From NCBI RefSeq assembly GCF_006345805.1, contig NC_042997.1:99076001-99140000 (forward strand): a DNA stretch of 64,000 nucleotides, written 5' to 3'. Below, piece after piece: positions 39,480 through 52,375 of the stretch (position 1 is the stretch's first letter; each line of letters starts with the position of its first letter). The DNA is from Octopus sinensis (taxonomy: Eukaryota). The notes beneath the pieces were generated by a model that did not search any database, had not been told where the DNA came from, and was given only the letters and a program-made list of their open reading frames with translations. A program made the translations under genes and the position numbers.

Positions 39480-40530
39480 TTACCTATTATTAGTTTTGCC
39501 TAATATGTTTTACTAAAATTGCTGTTTCTTTGCAGATATCAGAAAAAGGTCATTAAAATTCATTAAAATGACAGATCTATCGGACTTTCAAAGAGGTCAA
39601 ATTGTTGTTGCACGTATGGCAAGTGCTAGTGCAACGAAAACAGCTAAAATGTTTGTTGCATGAAGAAGTACTGTCTCGAAAGTAATGACTGCTTTTGAGA
39701 AAGAGAGAAAAACCTCTCGTCGAAACAAAACTCCGAATAAAGCCAAACCTTTCAGATAGGGACCTTCGGACTCTTATGCAAATTGTTAGAAAGGATCACA
39801 AAAGTACAGCTCCCAAAATTACTGCTGAGTTTAAAGACCAAATCGAGAACCCAGTTTCCATAGAAAAAAGGTCGCCGCGAGCTGCACAAAGCCGAATTTC
39901 GCGAGAGGGATGCAATCACAAAACCACGACTTTCAAAAACAAACGTTGCAAAGCGTTTAGAGTAGAGTAAAAACCTACAGAATTGGTCCCCAGAGCAGTG
40001 GAAGAATGATATTTTCTCAGACAAGTCATCATTTACCTTATTTCCGACAATACGTATACGAATATACGTGTGGAGACAGCCAAAAGAAGCATTTGACCCA
40101 GACTGATTTCTTCCAACTATTAAACATGGAGTAGGATCTTTGATGATCTGGGGGATTATGTCTTGGAAATCTTCCGGCCCAGTGGTTTCCCTTCATGAAA
40201 GAATTAATAGTCAAGACTCTTTAAGCGCTTTATCCGATCAAATTCACCCTATGGTTGTGGAACTGTTTCCGGAGGGAAACGCAATCTTTCAAGATGATAA
40301 TGCACCAATTCTCACAGCTAAAGTTGTTACTGAACGCCACGAGAAACATTCTAGTGAAGTTGAACATCTTATCTGGCCACCACAGTCCCCAGATCACAAT
40401 ATTATTGAATAGTTATGGTGCATCTTCGAAAAACAAGTAAGGTGTCGATATTCGCCACGATCATCACTACAAGAACCGAAAAATGGACAAAAATTCATTT
40501 GGAAACAATTCAAACGTTGTACGAGTCCAC
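39480..40530 (+). mobile_element. Decayed Tc1-like transposon
   Basis: ATG at 39568 gives MTDLSDFQRGQIVVAR...STVSKV, followed by FSDKSSF, PTIKHGVGSLMIWG, FQDDNAPI and WPPQSPDHNIIE. Stops and frameshifts present; TIRs not located. Confidence 0.93.
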
Positions 40531-41186
40531 TCTTCAAATTGAACACTGGTTATTGTGGGGGTTGTTGCACTTTAATGATCAGAGAACATGTAAGTTGCAA
40601 GCGATGCAAAGTAGAGTTACTGAAGTGTTTGGGGAGCAGATTACGGATAATGACAGCAAAATATGGTTGTTTTACATGAAAGCGAAATTTCTTGTCAGAA
40701 ACAGCCACATAATTGGTGTAATGAAATTGAAGGAAGAAGTTGAAACTTCCCTTCAGCGAGTTTATTTTTTTCAACAGCAGTGAGTTATTTTTTTTTTCAG
40801 GGACATAATCTAACAAAAGCCCCTTTATTGTGTCTTCCCACATAGTCTGCGCATAAACTAACAGTGAATACTGCATAAAGGTAAATTGGTATGGAACTTT
40901 CTGTGAGATACCTATAGCTTTCGCTAGTGGAAGCATAACTTTTATTTAAAAGTTGATTCCTTGGAACGAATCATATGTGATTGTTTAAAAAAGACTAAAA
41001 CGACAATGCTAAAACGTATTTGAAACAACAGACAATAGTTGAAATATCATAATGGATGGGTAAATAAGCATCCTTAAAGTGAAACAACGCATTGATAGGT
41101 ATACAAAGTATTAGCAAATAGATCACTGTGACAGATGGATAGTCGAAATAAATAAATAGATAAAATCCTTTCACTTTTATAAAAAG

Positions 41187-41500
41187 ACTAGTTATTCTGA
41201 CCCGTGCTTCACTCGGGTTTTGGTGGTGGTGTTGTTTTGTGCCTGTTGTCTCCTTTTACCTTTCTTCTTTTGTTCGTCTTCTTTGCCTTTCCAATATTCC
41301 GCACCATGCCAACCAAACGGTAGCTTCGAGCGACTTGCAACCCTCCTCACACCATTGCCCACACCATTTTATCCCCACTGTAAATTTTGACGCCAATCCG
41401 ACCCCATCAACCACCCCTTAAACCGTTCCCATCCCAAAATGAGACAAATAACCAAGAAATTTAACAACTTTTTCGCAGTTCAGCTTTATAGATATTGATT
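41187..41500 (+). mobile_element. Possible Helentron-associated (HINE/DINE-1-like) non-autonomous element
   Basis: 5' actag...acccgtgcttcactcgggt hairpin and 3' ctttatagatattgat, both resembling HINE termini. Confidence 0.4.
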
Positions 41501-42029
41501 AAAAACGTATGGAAGCCCTACATACAAAAAACTATGTCTATTTAGGTCCATTTATACTGAAGCTCTGGGCAAAATGTTTAGTGCATGACCATCCCTGGGA
41601 CATAAGTAATGTGTGTGTGTAAAGTTTGGAGTCCATAAGTAATGTGTGTGTGTAAAGATTGTGCACTATCAGTAATATTATTTAGTTATTTGATGATAAA
41701 CTGACAGCAAGTAAAGAAATATCATATTGACCAAAAACTGCAAACACTTTAGATTTCAAGTAAAAATGAACTTCTCTTTTGTGTATCTGCATCTACATGT
41801 AAATACACATTATACGCATATATACAAATGTACGATCTGTTGAACGTTGGCACACGTGAATTCAGCCTTCTTTCCACAGGTTTTGTTTTTCATCTTGAGA
41901 TTTGTCTAAAACCTACCCTTGATGTCGCTATGGTCATTAAGGTCTTGACTATGCAAAAGTTGAACTGGCTTTCATGCCTACCTGTAACATATCACGTCTC
42001 TAATCTGACATGAAAATGCGTGTATATGC

Positions 42030-42137
42030 ATATATGTGTGTGTATGTATGTATGTATGGTTGTATGTATGTATATATGTATGTATGTATGTATATATGTA
42101 TGTATGTATATATGTATGTAGTATGTATGTATGTATG

Positions 42138-42168
<31 letters not shown>

Positions 42169-42208
42169 ATATGTATGTATGTACGTATGTATTTAGAGAG
42201 AGAGATAT

Positions 42209-42269
<61 letters not shown>

Positions 42270-42278
42270 CAGATAGAC

Positions 42279-42360
<82 letters not shown>
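42030..42360. repeat. Compound (TATG)n(TAGA)n microsatellite
   Basis: Seen directly. Similar compounds occur at 50710-51175 and 57870-57990. Confidence 0.95.
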
Positions 42361-42361
<1 letters not shown>

Positions 42362-42764
42362 AAACGCTTTCAGTGAAGACCGTTCGTTGAAAGCATATTG
42401 TTTGAGTGACATAATCGTTGAAAAATATACGTAGCAATATGTATTCATGGGGAAAAATATAACAAAAATACATCGAAACTTGATATCAACGCCTTTTTTT
42501 TATATGAGAAGAACGAAATACGTTTAAATAAAATATATTTTCAATTATTTTTGTGGTTATCGGAGGAATTGTTTGAAATTACATCAAAAATTAATCGTAA
42601 CTATTTTGTTCTGAAACAACATATACATTTAAAATGATAAGAACAAATTGATTTTTTAATGAAATATATTTTAAAATATTGATTGTGTGTGGGAGGGTGT
42701 TCCTTGCATATTACATCCAGTACAATAAACATATAATTGTTGAAATTCCTTCAATGTAACTTTT

Positions 42765-42955
42765 TCTTTTCTGAGATACAAAGCCAGAAAATTTGGGAGG
42801 AAGTGTTGCAGTCGATACTATGGACAGCAGAACTTTATTGGTTCTTCCTTTTATCGACCCCGGAGAGATAAAAGGCAACATTGACCTCAGCAAAACAAAT
42901 ATCGCAAAGCACATTTCTTCGATGCTCTTTCGTTTCTGCCAGCTCGCTGTCCTAA
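42765..42955 (-). mobile_element. SINE family A (degenerate)
   Basis: Contains ttatcgaccccgg...ttgacctcagc...ctgccagctcgc. Confidence 0.8.
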
Positions 42956-43099
42956 AATTTCAATGGTAATGAGTTCTAACAGCGGCAATGACCGCAATCT
43001 CTATGGGTGGAACATAGTCTATTAGATCTGCTCAATAATAAGAAAATTACAGACCAGTCAATGTTAGAAAAAAAATGTAGTAATATACTATAGTAAATC

Positions 43100-43515
43100 A
43101 GAGGAGCTAGTCGGGCAATTAGAAAACTCGAGGAGATAACACATCGCATGAATTAGGTTGTCCAAGCGACGTGTTGCTCATGTTATGGATCATGGGTAGG
43201 AGAAAAAGCCGTTACGTATTCAAGTGTGGTGAAAGTGACGTAACAACAGGGGTGCACTTCGCTATTTAGGGAACAACGGCTGAGTGGTGTACGATTCCAG
43301 ATAAACTTGTGCGTTATATTAAAACTATTATATTAAAACTATTTGCGATTTGCGAGGAGCTACGGAAATAGAAAGTGAACTTCGATATCTACCTAGACGG
43401 TCTCCCGCAATCCTCAACCCAAAGCGCAGTATACTACCAAACAGTAATTTCAGTAGATGAAGTAGCAATAGTTGTATATGACGGTGCGATGAACAAATCG
43501 CCAGGATTAGATGGC
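43100..43515 (+). mobile_element. L1/Tx1-clade LINE ORF2 fragment
   Basis: FDIYLDGLPQ...ISVDEVA...MNKSPGLDGI matches the tether/RT-start motif (KSPGxDG). Interrupted by a SINE at 43520. Confidence 0.65.
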
Positions 43516-43519
43516 ATTT

Positions 43520-43672
43520 CGTCTGTCTTTCCATTCTGAATTTAAATCTCACTGAGGTCAATTTTGCCTTTCGGGGTCCATAAAATAAGTATCGGTTGTG
43601 CACTGGAGACAATGTAACCGTCCAACTTACGCCTGCAAAAATGTCAGGCCTTGTCCCTATAGTAGAAAGAAG
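43520..43672 (+). mobile_element. SINE family A, degenerate
   Basis: Contains catttcgtctgtc...ttctgaatttaaat...ttttgcctttcggggtc...ggccttgtccc. Confidence 0.75.
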
Positions 43673-43982
43673 TAGTTCTAGTAGTTAGTGTAGTGATGGT
43701 GGTTGTGTTGGTGGCGGTGTTTCTGACATAAGCAGTGGCAGTAGTGTTGATAATGGCAGTAAGTTTTTATTCGAATTGCCTTTAAATGTGATAGATTAAC
43801 AATTGTGCGGAAAAATTTAAAGCCAGGAGGGCTGATGCTATTTTTAATATCTGCAAGATTAAACAGGACAAATTGTTAATATTTTATTTTATTTTTTCTA
43901 TCTCATTTTAATTATATTATTTTTATTTATTTTACGTCATTTCGATCAGAAATAGAATCGATATTATGAATATAACATTTAT

Positions 43983-44047
<65 letters not shown>

Positions 44048-44687
44048 TTTTTATCTATTTTGAGTAATAAACGCTGCAAAAAGGTTATATAACATGTTCA
44101 GGCTACTGAACTCATATTTCAAATTCTAGATTGATATATATATTTTTTTTAAAGCTTCTCTTCTTCAGCTTTTGTATTTGTATATTTGCTCTGGAAATTG
44201 CAAGTGTATAATTATGACTGCAAGTCATATTCGAATATGATTCAAATATGTGAAAATTATTAATATGAAAAATCGAAGAAAACCATTTACGTGTGTGTGT
44301 ATATATGTGTATGTGTGCGTGCGTCTGTGCGCGCGTGTATATTAATTTTTTGACAGGTCGCGCTTTCTAACTACGAAACAGTTTTAGACTCCCAATTGAA
44401 GCACAATCAATAAGAAATGAATAAATATGATAAATTCTAATTTCTCTACCGCAACGAGCTTTTGCATAATCGTGGAAAATCTATGTTCAAGTTGTTCACT
44501 TACATACAGAGTTATATATCATGATTTTCTCATTAATTTACCCACCTTCTTCCCCAGTCGTTAGTCTTCTGGAATCATGCACATGTCTATGTTCATGTTA
44601 CTGTCAAATACCTAACGATTCTGCAAGATTCTCGTCTTACAGAGAGAGAAACAGAGACAGACAGAAAGAGAGAAAATCATTTCTGCT

Positions 44688-45126
44688 TTAGGCACAAGGC
44701 CTGACATTTATGAGGGGGATACTAGTCGATTACATCGACCGCAGTACAGATATGATACTTGTTTTATTCACTTCGAAAGGACGAAAGCCAAAGTTACGTT
44801 CTGAGTTCAAATTCCGCCGAGGTCGACTTTGCCTTTCATCCATTCGGGGTCGATAAATTAAGTACCAGTTACGCACTGGGGTCGATGCACTCGACTTAAT
44901 CCGTTTCTCTGTCCTTGTTCGTGTCCTCTGTGTTTGGCCCCTTGTGGGTAGTAATGAAATAGGTATTTCATCTGCCGCTACGTTCTGAGTTCAAATTCCG
45001 CCGAGATCGACTTTGCCTTTCATCTTTTCGGGCTCGATAAATTAAGTCCCTATTGCATACTGGGGTCGATCTAATCGACTGGTCCCCTCCCAAAAAATTT
45101 CGGGCTTTGTGCCTAGAGTGGAAAAG
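44688..45126 (+). mobile_element. Dimeric SINE family A (+, 44797-45126) fused to an inverted partial copy (-, 44688-44796)
   Basis: The orientation switches at ~44796. The + part has two units with the same linker as 19872-20235. Confidence 0.85.
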
Positions 45127-45218
45127 AATATGTACAGAAACAAGTTGCACGACGACTTCAACAGCGACACACTCGCGCACACACACAGATACACATACGC
45201 ACAAATGAAAGGCAATGA

Positions 45219-45255
<37 letters not shown>

Positions 45256-45378
45256 CGCTGTTTAATAACAAAACTTCGTGCTGCATTACTTTTGCGAAGT
45301 TTTGTCAGTGAACAGAACGCGGTTTCAAAGCGAAGAAAATATTTTGGCACAAATGAAATTTTAATGTTGAAGTGAAAC

Positions 45379-45604
45379 TGGTAATACTTAAATACAGAGG
45401 TCCCTTAGCGGTACTACTTAAATACTTGAATGCAGGTGTTACGTACAAACCTTTTTAAATGTACGCTGTGCGGACGCGTAATGACACCCTGTAACTAACC
45501 CTAAACTAGCTCTAACCTTAACCCTAAAAACCATCCCTAAAACTAAACCTTCTCTTTATATCGCTACGTAGATGCATCCGGACCCCTGTATTTGAATAGC
45601 GCCG
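45379..45604. mobile_element. MITE/HINE-like element with ~25-bp TIRs and internal TAACCC-like repeats
   Basis: aaatacagaggtcc (45390-45403) pairs with ggacccctgtattt (45580-45593). Internal sequence includes taaccctaaa...ctaaccttaaccctaa. Confidence 0.55.
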
Positions 45605-46898
45605 TGAAACTGACGATTTCTGTGTGTTCTTGAATGGCTTATAAAACATCTACGCTACAGTTGTTTTTTGTTTCAGCACACGTTCTCAGAGCAAATCACT
45701 TACTATGCATGTACATCTCCGTAATATTTTTAAATCACTGTGGATAAATGCCGGCATTGACCTTCTCATGCTTTCCAATATTTTAATTTCGAAACAGAAA
45801 CAAACGGGGTCAAGGAGTGGGTTTGCAAGACATTCATAATTTATCGAATTTTCTTTTTTATAGTATATAAATGTCTTTATGGGGCAAAAATATTGAAAAA
45901 CATCAATATATGTGAGAGTGATAAAGAAACGAGGAGGGTTCTCTTTGGATATGCTAGAAACAACAGCCAAATCGCCCTTAAATCACTTTCCCGCTGAAAA
46001 TATTAACAATTTAAAGAGACTTTTTATTATCCAAAATGCTCTTCCTTATGGTTTTGAAGTGAAAAATTTTAAAAACTGGTCAATATAGGTCCGGGGTGGA
46101 ATGAAGAGGGGGTGTAACAAAAAAAGAGTTTACAAAACGTGTTTCATACAAAGACGCCTCCCACCCCCATCATTTCGAAGGCTGTGGTTTCCAAAAAAAA
46201 AAATTAGGAAAATTACTGAAAAAGTTTTCCCCACAAATTTCTCTATAATCGTAATCTATGCCGTTTGACAGGGATTTGTATAAATTTTCATGAAAAGATA
46301 CCCATCTTCCTGAAAGTTATGAGGGAAGAAAGTCAGATCCTGTGAATTTTCCGAAACTCCTCTCTCCAACCCCACGGAGAAATTCTTTCCAATAAATCTC
46401 TATATACTCTGAAGCCACAACATCTAAACGGTGTTTGTAATAAATTTTCTTAAAAAGTGTCCATTTTCTGAATGTCATGAGGCAACAAAGTCGGGGGTGT
46501 ATACATCTGTAGTAATACCATTTTATTTATACGATTTTTTCATTTCTTGTTTATTTCATTCATTGTTTGCAGTGTTCTCCCTCACACAAACACACACTGC
46601 AAAGCTTACAGATGAGCTACTAAATTCAAATCTCTATGTTGCTTTGAGGGGAAGGTAAAACCTGACAAACTGCTTCTCCTTCTGTTGTTGGATTATTGTG
46701 ATGTTTGTTTAAAAGAGAGTGATTATGGCTGTGATAAAAATAACTAAAGTAATACTTACTAAGCAAATGAGCACTATTATACAAAGAAATAATTAGACGT
46801 AAAATATAAAAAGTATTAGAAATGGGAATCAAATGTGAAAATATTATCATGGAGCTAGCAGAAAACCGACCGGTGAGCTGTTTTTCTGCTAGTATATA

Positions 46899-47227
46899 TA
46901 ATAGAGGTCATAAAAGTCACAGAGAGAACTGACCAGCACCAGCTATTGCTAGAAACAATAGTTAAAACAACTCGAAAGCAACAAAAGCACTGTCTTAATC
47001 ACTAACAAAGGGAGATAAATCACAAGTGTATGTAGTCGGATCTAACGATTTCGGATTTTGATGTAGACCATTTTCATCCTTGTCAGCGACTCTCAACGCA
47101 TAAGGCTAAACTTAGCTACCAATGTCAGTCTTATAAGAAAACCGTTGGCTTTTGAGTTGTTTTAAACTTGTTTAAAGCAATAGCTGGTGCGGTTCAGAAA
47201 CGTCTGTCACTTTTGTGAGGTCAATTA
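46899..47227 (-). mobile_element. Hammerhead-containing non-autonomous element, inverted-terminal form
   Basis: ~80-bp IR (46899-46979 / 47148-47227) built from the same module as 9462-9522. It shares cagtcttataagaaaaccgttg with 9462-9877. Confidence 0.75.
47034..47091 (-). ncRNA. Type I hammerhead motif with G8A core mutation (probably inactive)
   Basis: The minus strand reads AGTCG-CTGACAA-GGAT...ATCC-GAAA-TC GTTA GA-T-C-CGACT. All three stems pair; the triplet is AUC. Confidence 0.65.
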
Positions 47228-47278
47228 AATTTGCCTTTAGGGTGAAATCACTAAGACACCCATTTAATTTGTGGTATG

Positions 47279-47335
<57 letters not shown>

Positions 47336-47409
47336 ATAGACATAGATATAGATATATATATAAATACATATATAATATATATATGCATATATATATATAT
47401 GTGTGTGTG

Positions 47410-47480
<71 letters not shown>

Positions 47481-47674
47481 GTAGAAGAAGAACACTCCTA
47501 TTAGTTGACTCCTAATGTGCCACAATATAAATGGACATACGTAAAGAACCTCCAAAGCGGTGTAAAGCCGAGAGTTTCGTATTCTTGAGGGTTATTACCA
47601 ATAGTAGAACGATTTGCGAGGACATTATTATTACCCTATTATTATCCTGTTATATCTTACACCCAACATGCGAT

Positions 47675-47732
<58 letters not shown>

Positions 47733-47772
47733 TATATATATATAATATATATATAATATATATATATATATT

Positions 47773-47804
<32 letters not shown>

Positions 47805-47958
47805 TGCATGTATGTATGTATGTATCTATATAATTATGTAGTCTTCTTTACTAGCTTAACCTCGAGAGCTGCGCTTGCTTTCCTGCATGTCCACTACGTG
47901 AAAGCTCGTCTGACATGTGACACTTGGTGAATGAGGGCAGCAACATCATTATATAATT

Positions 47959-47997
<39 letters not shown>

Positions 47998-48902
47998 GGG
48001 GAAAGAACGCAAAACATCCAGACAGATATATAAAACAAATAGCGGCGTACATACACTTCGGTCTCATATATGTGTGTTTCTGTGTGTGTGTGTGTGTTAT
48101 ATTAAAAAGAAAACCAGAAGTCTTGTTAATTACATCTTTACGCGCGCATGCACACACACACGCACACATACATATATATACATACATATACGTATGTGCA
48201 TCCTATCTGAGAGAACGTCTATATCGTCATAAATGGAGCACTTTGGATCAAAAATTTTGCTCAGTTTGTATTAGCTTCATATTAACAAACTACAAAAGAC
48301 AATGACTGTTTAATACCATTAATCACAAGTAAACTAAACCGTCTGAGACTCATGTTACCCAAATTTCATATTGAACTGTTTGATGGGCATATGGGAGTTG
48401 TTTTTATGGAGTGCTTTTTTCTTTTACGAGTCTGAGGTCATGAATAAAATTATATGTATTACATTTTTTGAAAGACAGTGGAAAATCTATATATCGATAT
48501 TGTATTTTAGCTTCATTGGTATCGTTATTGAGGATGATGCGATATTTTATTACTCCTTTATAACATATTTTACTTCGATACAAACATCAGAACGCTTAAA
48601 GCATGCGTGTGCTGGAAATTTATAAATTCAGGTATCCTATTTTAAATGGACAACAAGATATTTGATTTTTCATAGCCTTATATCTTCTCTCAAAGAAGGA
48701 AGCTATTTCTATTGCCTTCTAGTGAAAGATTATTGTTTTGGGTTATACATGATGATTTCAGCACGTTTATGTATGGATAAACGTATCCAGCTATCACTCA
48801 TACACACACAGGTACACGCATAAAACACGTATATTTGAAGGCGATAGTGTGCGTTTATTATGCATACACGTACATATACGTTTGTGTGTGTGCGTGTGTG
48901 CG

Positions 48903-48966
<64 letters not shown>

Positions 48967-49583
48967 GAGGCATATACACGTTCAAACATATGTTCATATA
49001 TATATGTATATGTATTTATCCAGACAAATACGTATATATAAATGCATATACATACATATACACACACATATAAACAACATACATATACACATATTAACAT
49101 AAAAACTATGTGCATAAAGACATACGTAAGTACGAATATGTGAGAAATCTTACTTTTAGAAATATCAAAAGAATGATATATATGCACGTTAGTGAGCGTG
49201 TGTGTCAATGTGTGTATATGTATATGTGTATCTAATGTATATATGTGTATATGTAAATATTTATATATGTATAAGTGTATCTATGTATATATGTATGTAT
49301 GTATGCATATATAATATATATATATTGTTTCTCGTTATGCAATCGAATCCAAGTTAATAGAAACCTGAAAAATCAACAAAAGCTTTCACGTATATATTTT
49401 TTCTCTCTTTTCTTTGATGTCAACTAGTTTCTTGAAGTTTGTCAAAGATATACCCTTCCATTGCTAGCGTTCTTTCATCTTTATTTAGATTGTTATAATC
49501 ATATTGATTTCCAACTTAGATGCAATACCATAATTTTGCTGTGTCGAATAACGAGGCTGACTGATGCACACACTTTTCTCAAG

Positions 49584-49749
49584 GAGATTACGGATACAAG
49601 AGAAGGGAATAGATTACAACCCAGAATTAGAATTTTACTGTTTGGACGTGACTAGCCGAGCAGTTGCATGTATAATGTATGAAACTATGCTCCGTTACAA
49701 TGTACAGAGAGCTAGGTGCTATAGATGTGACATCCTGCAATATCAAATG
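49584..49749 (+). CDS. Candidate coding exon, unknown product
   Basis: cacttttctcaag acceptor (or ATG at 49564), open frame RLRIQEKGIDYNPELEFYCLDVTSRAVACIMYETMLRYNVQRARCYRCDILQYQM, ATG|gtaagt donor. Phase 2 to 0, compatible with 25662. Confidence 0.35.
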
Positions 49750-50471
49750 GTAAGTTATTCCTTTTATGATTTTCTTAAAAAGATATTATATAACATATAC
49801 GCGGTGAAATCACTTGGAACAATGATCTAAACTAACTGGATTCCTATATATCTTGTAAATTTACTTTTCTGTATTTGACTTAAATGACCGCTCAGAGATT
49901 TGACGAAGAATATATGAGTTTTTTTCCATCTACTGAGTTACCTCTTCACTGAATTATAGTAGAATTGTTTTAGTATCCCACAGACGAGTGAACTCTTATT
50001 GTTACACACGGAAAGAACCAAACAAACATAGTATTGTGTAACAAGGTTATAGCAATAACAGGTACAGTCCATCCGCTTCTCTACCCTTAAATTTCCTACC
50101 CATCCAATCTTACTCAGATTGAAGTACTGCACGTTAAGGTTGACCCTAACAGTCATGACTATGATGCAAATTTCTTAACGTGTATACACACGATGTAGAC
50201 AACAACACGCTCACACGCCCACACAGAGAGGAACATAGTTATATATGTGTGACGGTGTGTTTGACTCACACTTCATGACAAAACGTGCAAGTTCGCTTAT
50301 GCCAACGCAACTTAGCAGTCAGCAAATACTGACCGATAAAATAAATACCACCCTTTAAAGAAGTACAGGAGTCGGTTTGGTCGACTACAAACCTTTCAAA
50401 ACAGTTCTCCAGTGGGCTGCAGTTCAGTGATAAAAGAAGTAGAATAGTGAAAGAAGGAATATATATATTTC

Positions 50472-50517
<46 letters not shown>

Positions 50518-50952
50518 TGTGTGTGTGTGTGTTTGTGTGTATTTATACATATATATGTGCATAATTACTTATGCATTTTTGTGCGTAGGTAGTATGTATG
50601 TCATTATTTAGTTTTATCTCAAGATTTCTTGCCAATAGAGAAAGGACCGATTTCTAACCTAGATCCAAATCTCGTTCATTGGAATTTCAACATCAACAAC
50701 AGGGTATTTTTGTATACATGTATGTATGTATGTATGTATGTGTGTATGTATGTATGTATGTATGTATGTATGTATGCATGTATGTATGTATGTATGTATG
50801 CACGTATGTATGTATGCAAGTATGTATGTATGTATGATTGTATGTATGCATATATGCATGCTTGCATGCTATTACTTTGCTCCTGTAAAAGAATGCACAT
50901 TCAAAGAAAGATAGACAGATAGACAGACAGATAGATAGATAGATAGATAGAC

Positions 50953-51114
<162 letters not shown>

Positions 51115-51123
51115 GTGTGTATG

Positions 51124-51174
<51 letters not shown>

Positions 51175-51175
<1 letters not shown>

Positions 51176-52375
51176 CAAGTCATTCCATAAGTAATGTCCG
51201 GACTTCTATATTTTCAATTTGTAAAGGCTTTAACAGTATTTTAGAATGCCTAATGGCATCAAGTAATATTTATATGTATATGGACATATTTAAAACTTAT
51301 TAAATTTTATTTTGCAAGATAATCTAATAGAAATTTCAATAATTATAGATCTTCAAAAATGGAAGTGTTTAAGGAGCATTTGAGATACATCATGCTTTAT
51401 AAGTTTAAAATTGAGAACTCTGTACCTGGAGCGACTCAAGCTCTTCACTCAGCTTATTGAGAAGAGGGTATAAATGAAAGAACTTGTAGGATACGGTTTT
51501 TAAAATTCAGAGGTGGATATTTCAGCCTTGAAGATGAGGTCCAAACACGAGGTCCGATTGAGTTTGATGACAATCTCCTTTTGGCAGAACTTAAAAAAGA
51601 TTATGCAGTTTCAGTTGAAGAAGTGCAAGCAAGCTTCGTTCAAGCCATTCAACTGTTCACCACCATCTTCAACAGCTTGGAACTGTCTCACAACTCGGAA
51701 AATAAGTGACTCGTGATTTGTCTGAAACCAACCGCAAATCCCGAGAGGATATCTGCTCTTCTCTTCGTTTTCCTGAACTCATCTCGCCCTTTTTAGACAG
51801 AGTGGTGAAAAATGGATCTTTTATCGAAATATTAAGCGTTGTAGACATTAGTTTAGTGCAGGAGAAAAGACCCAATCGCAACCGAAAGGAAACTCTATGT
51901 GAAGTAGTTTCTTCTGTCTATTTAGTGAGATTGCAAAGGTGTCATTTTCTTTGAGTTATTACCAACTAATGCAACAATCAATGCTCAAATCTCGTGTCAA
52001 CAATTACAGCATTTGGACACTGCTCTGAATACAACAGACCTGCTTTAGGGAGTCGAAAGGGAGTGGTGTTATTTAGGACAATTCAAGACACCATACTGCA
52101 AAGATCACCTCACAGATGATCGAGGAACGTGGTTGGGAGAAAATTGCTCGTCTGCCTTATTCCGCACACCTTGCTCCTTCAGATCACCATTTGTTCCGTA
52201 GTTTACAGAATCATTTGGATAGATTAACTCACGAAACAACCGAGGAAGTCAAAACTGACCTTTCAGAGTTTTTCTCTTCGAAATCAAAAGACTTTTTTCA
52301 CTAACGGGATTAAAGTGCTTACGAGTAGATCGAAAGGTGTCATAGATAATCATGGAAACTATATTGACGATTAAG
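51175..52375 (+). mobile_element. Decayed mariner (Mos1/Hsmar1-like) transposon
   Basis: TA followed by TIR-like TCAAGTCATTCCATAAGTAATGTCCG. ATG at 51359 gives ...FSLEDE...EFDDNLL; later LPYSAHLAPSDHHLFRSLQNHL and FFSSK..FF..GI. The 3' TIR is absent. Confidence 0.93.

Noticed and set aside
40801-40880. Exon-like segment (tttttttttcag ... AAG|gtaaat)
   Set aside because: Stops in all three frames. It could be a non-coding exon, but nothing else supports it.
49584-49749. Resemblance of the candidate peptide to METTL2/6 (YC.D..S.A) and of the joined peptide to GT25 (EIG...HY)
   Set aside because: The two assignments are mutually exclusive and each lacks its key motif (GCGxG, EDD), so no product or symbol was assigned.
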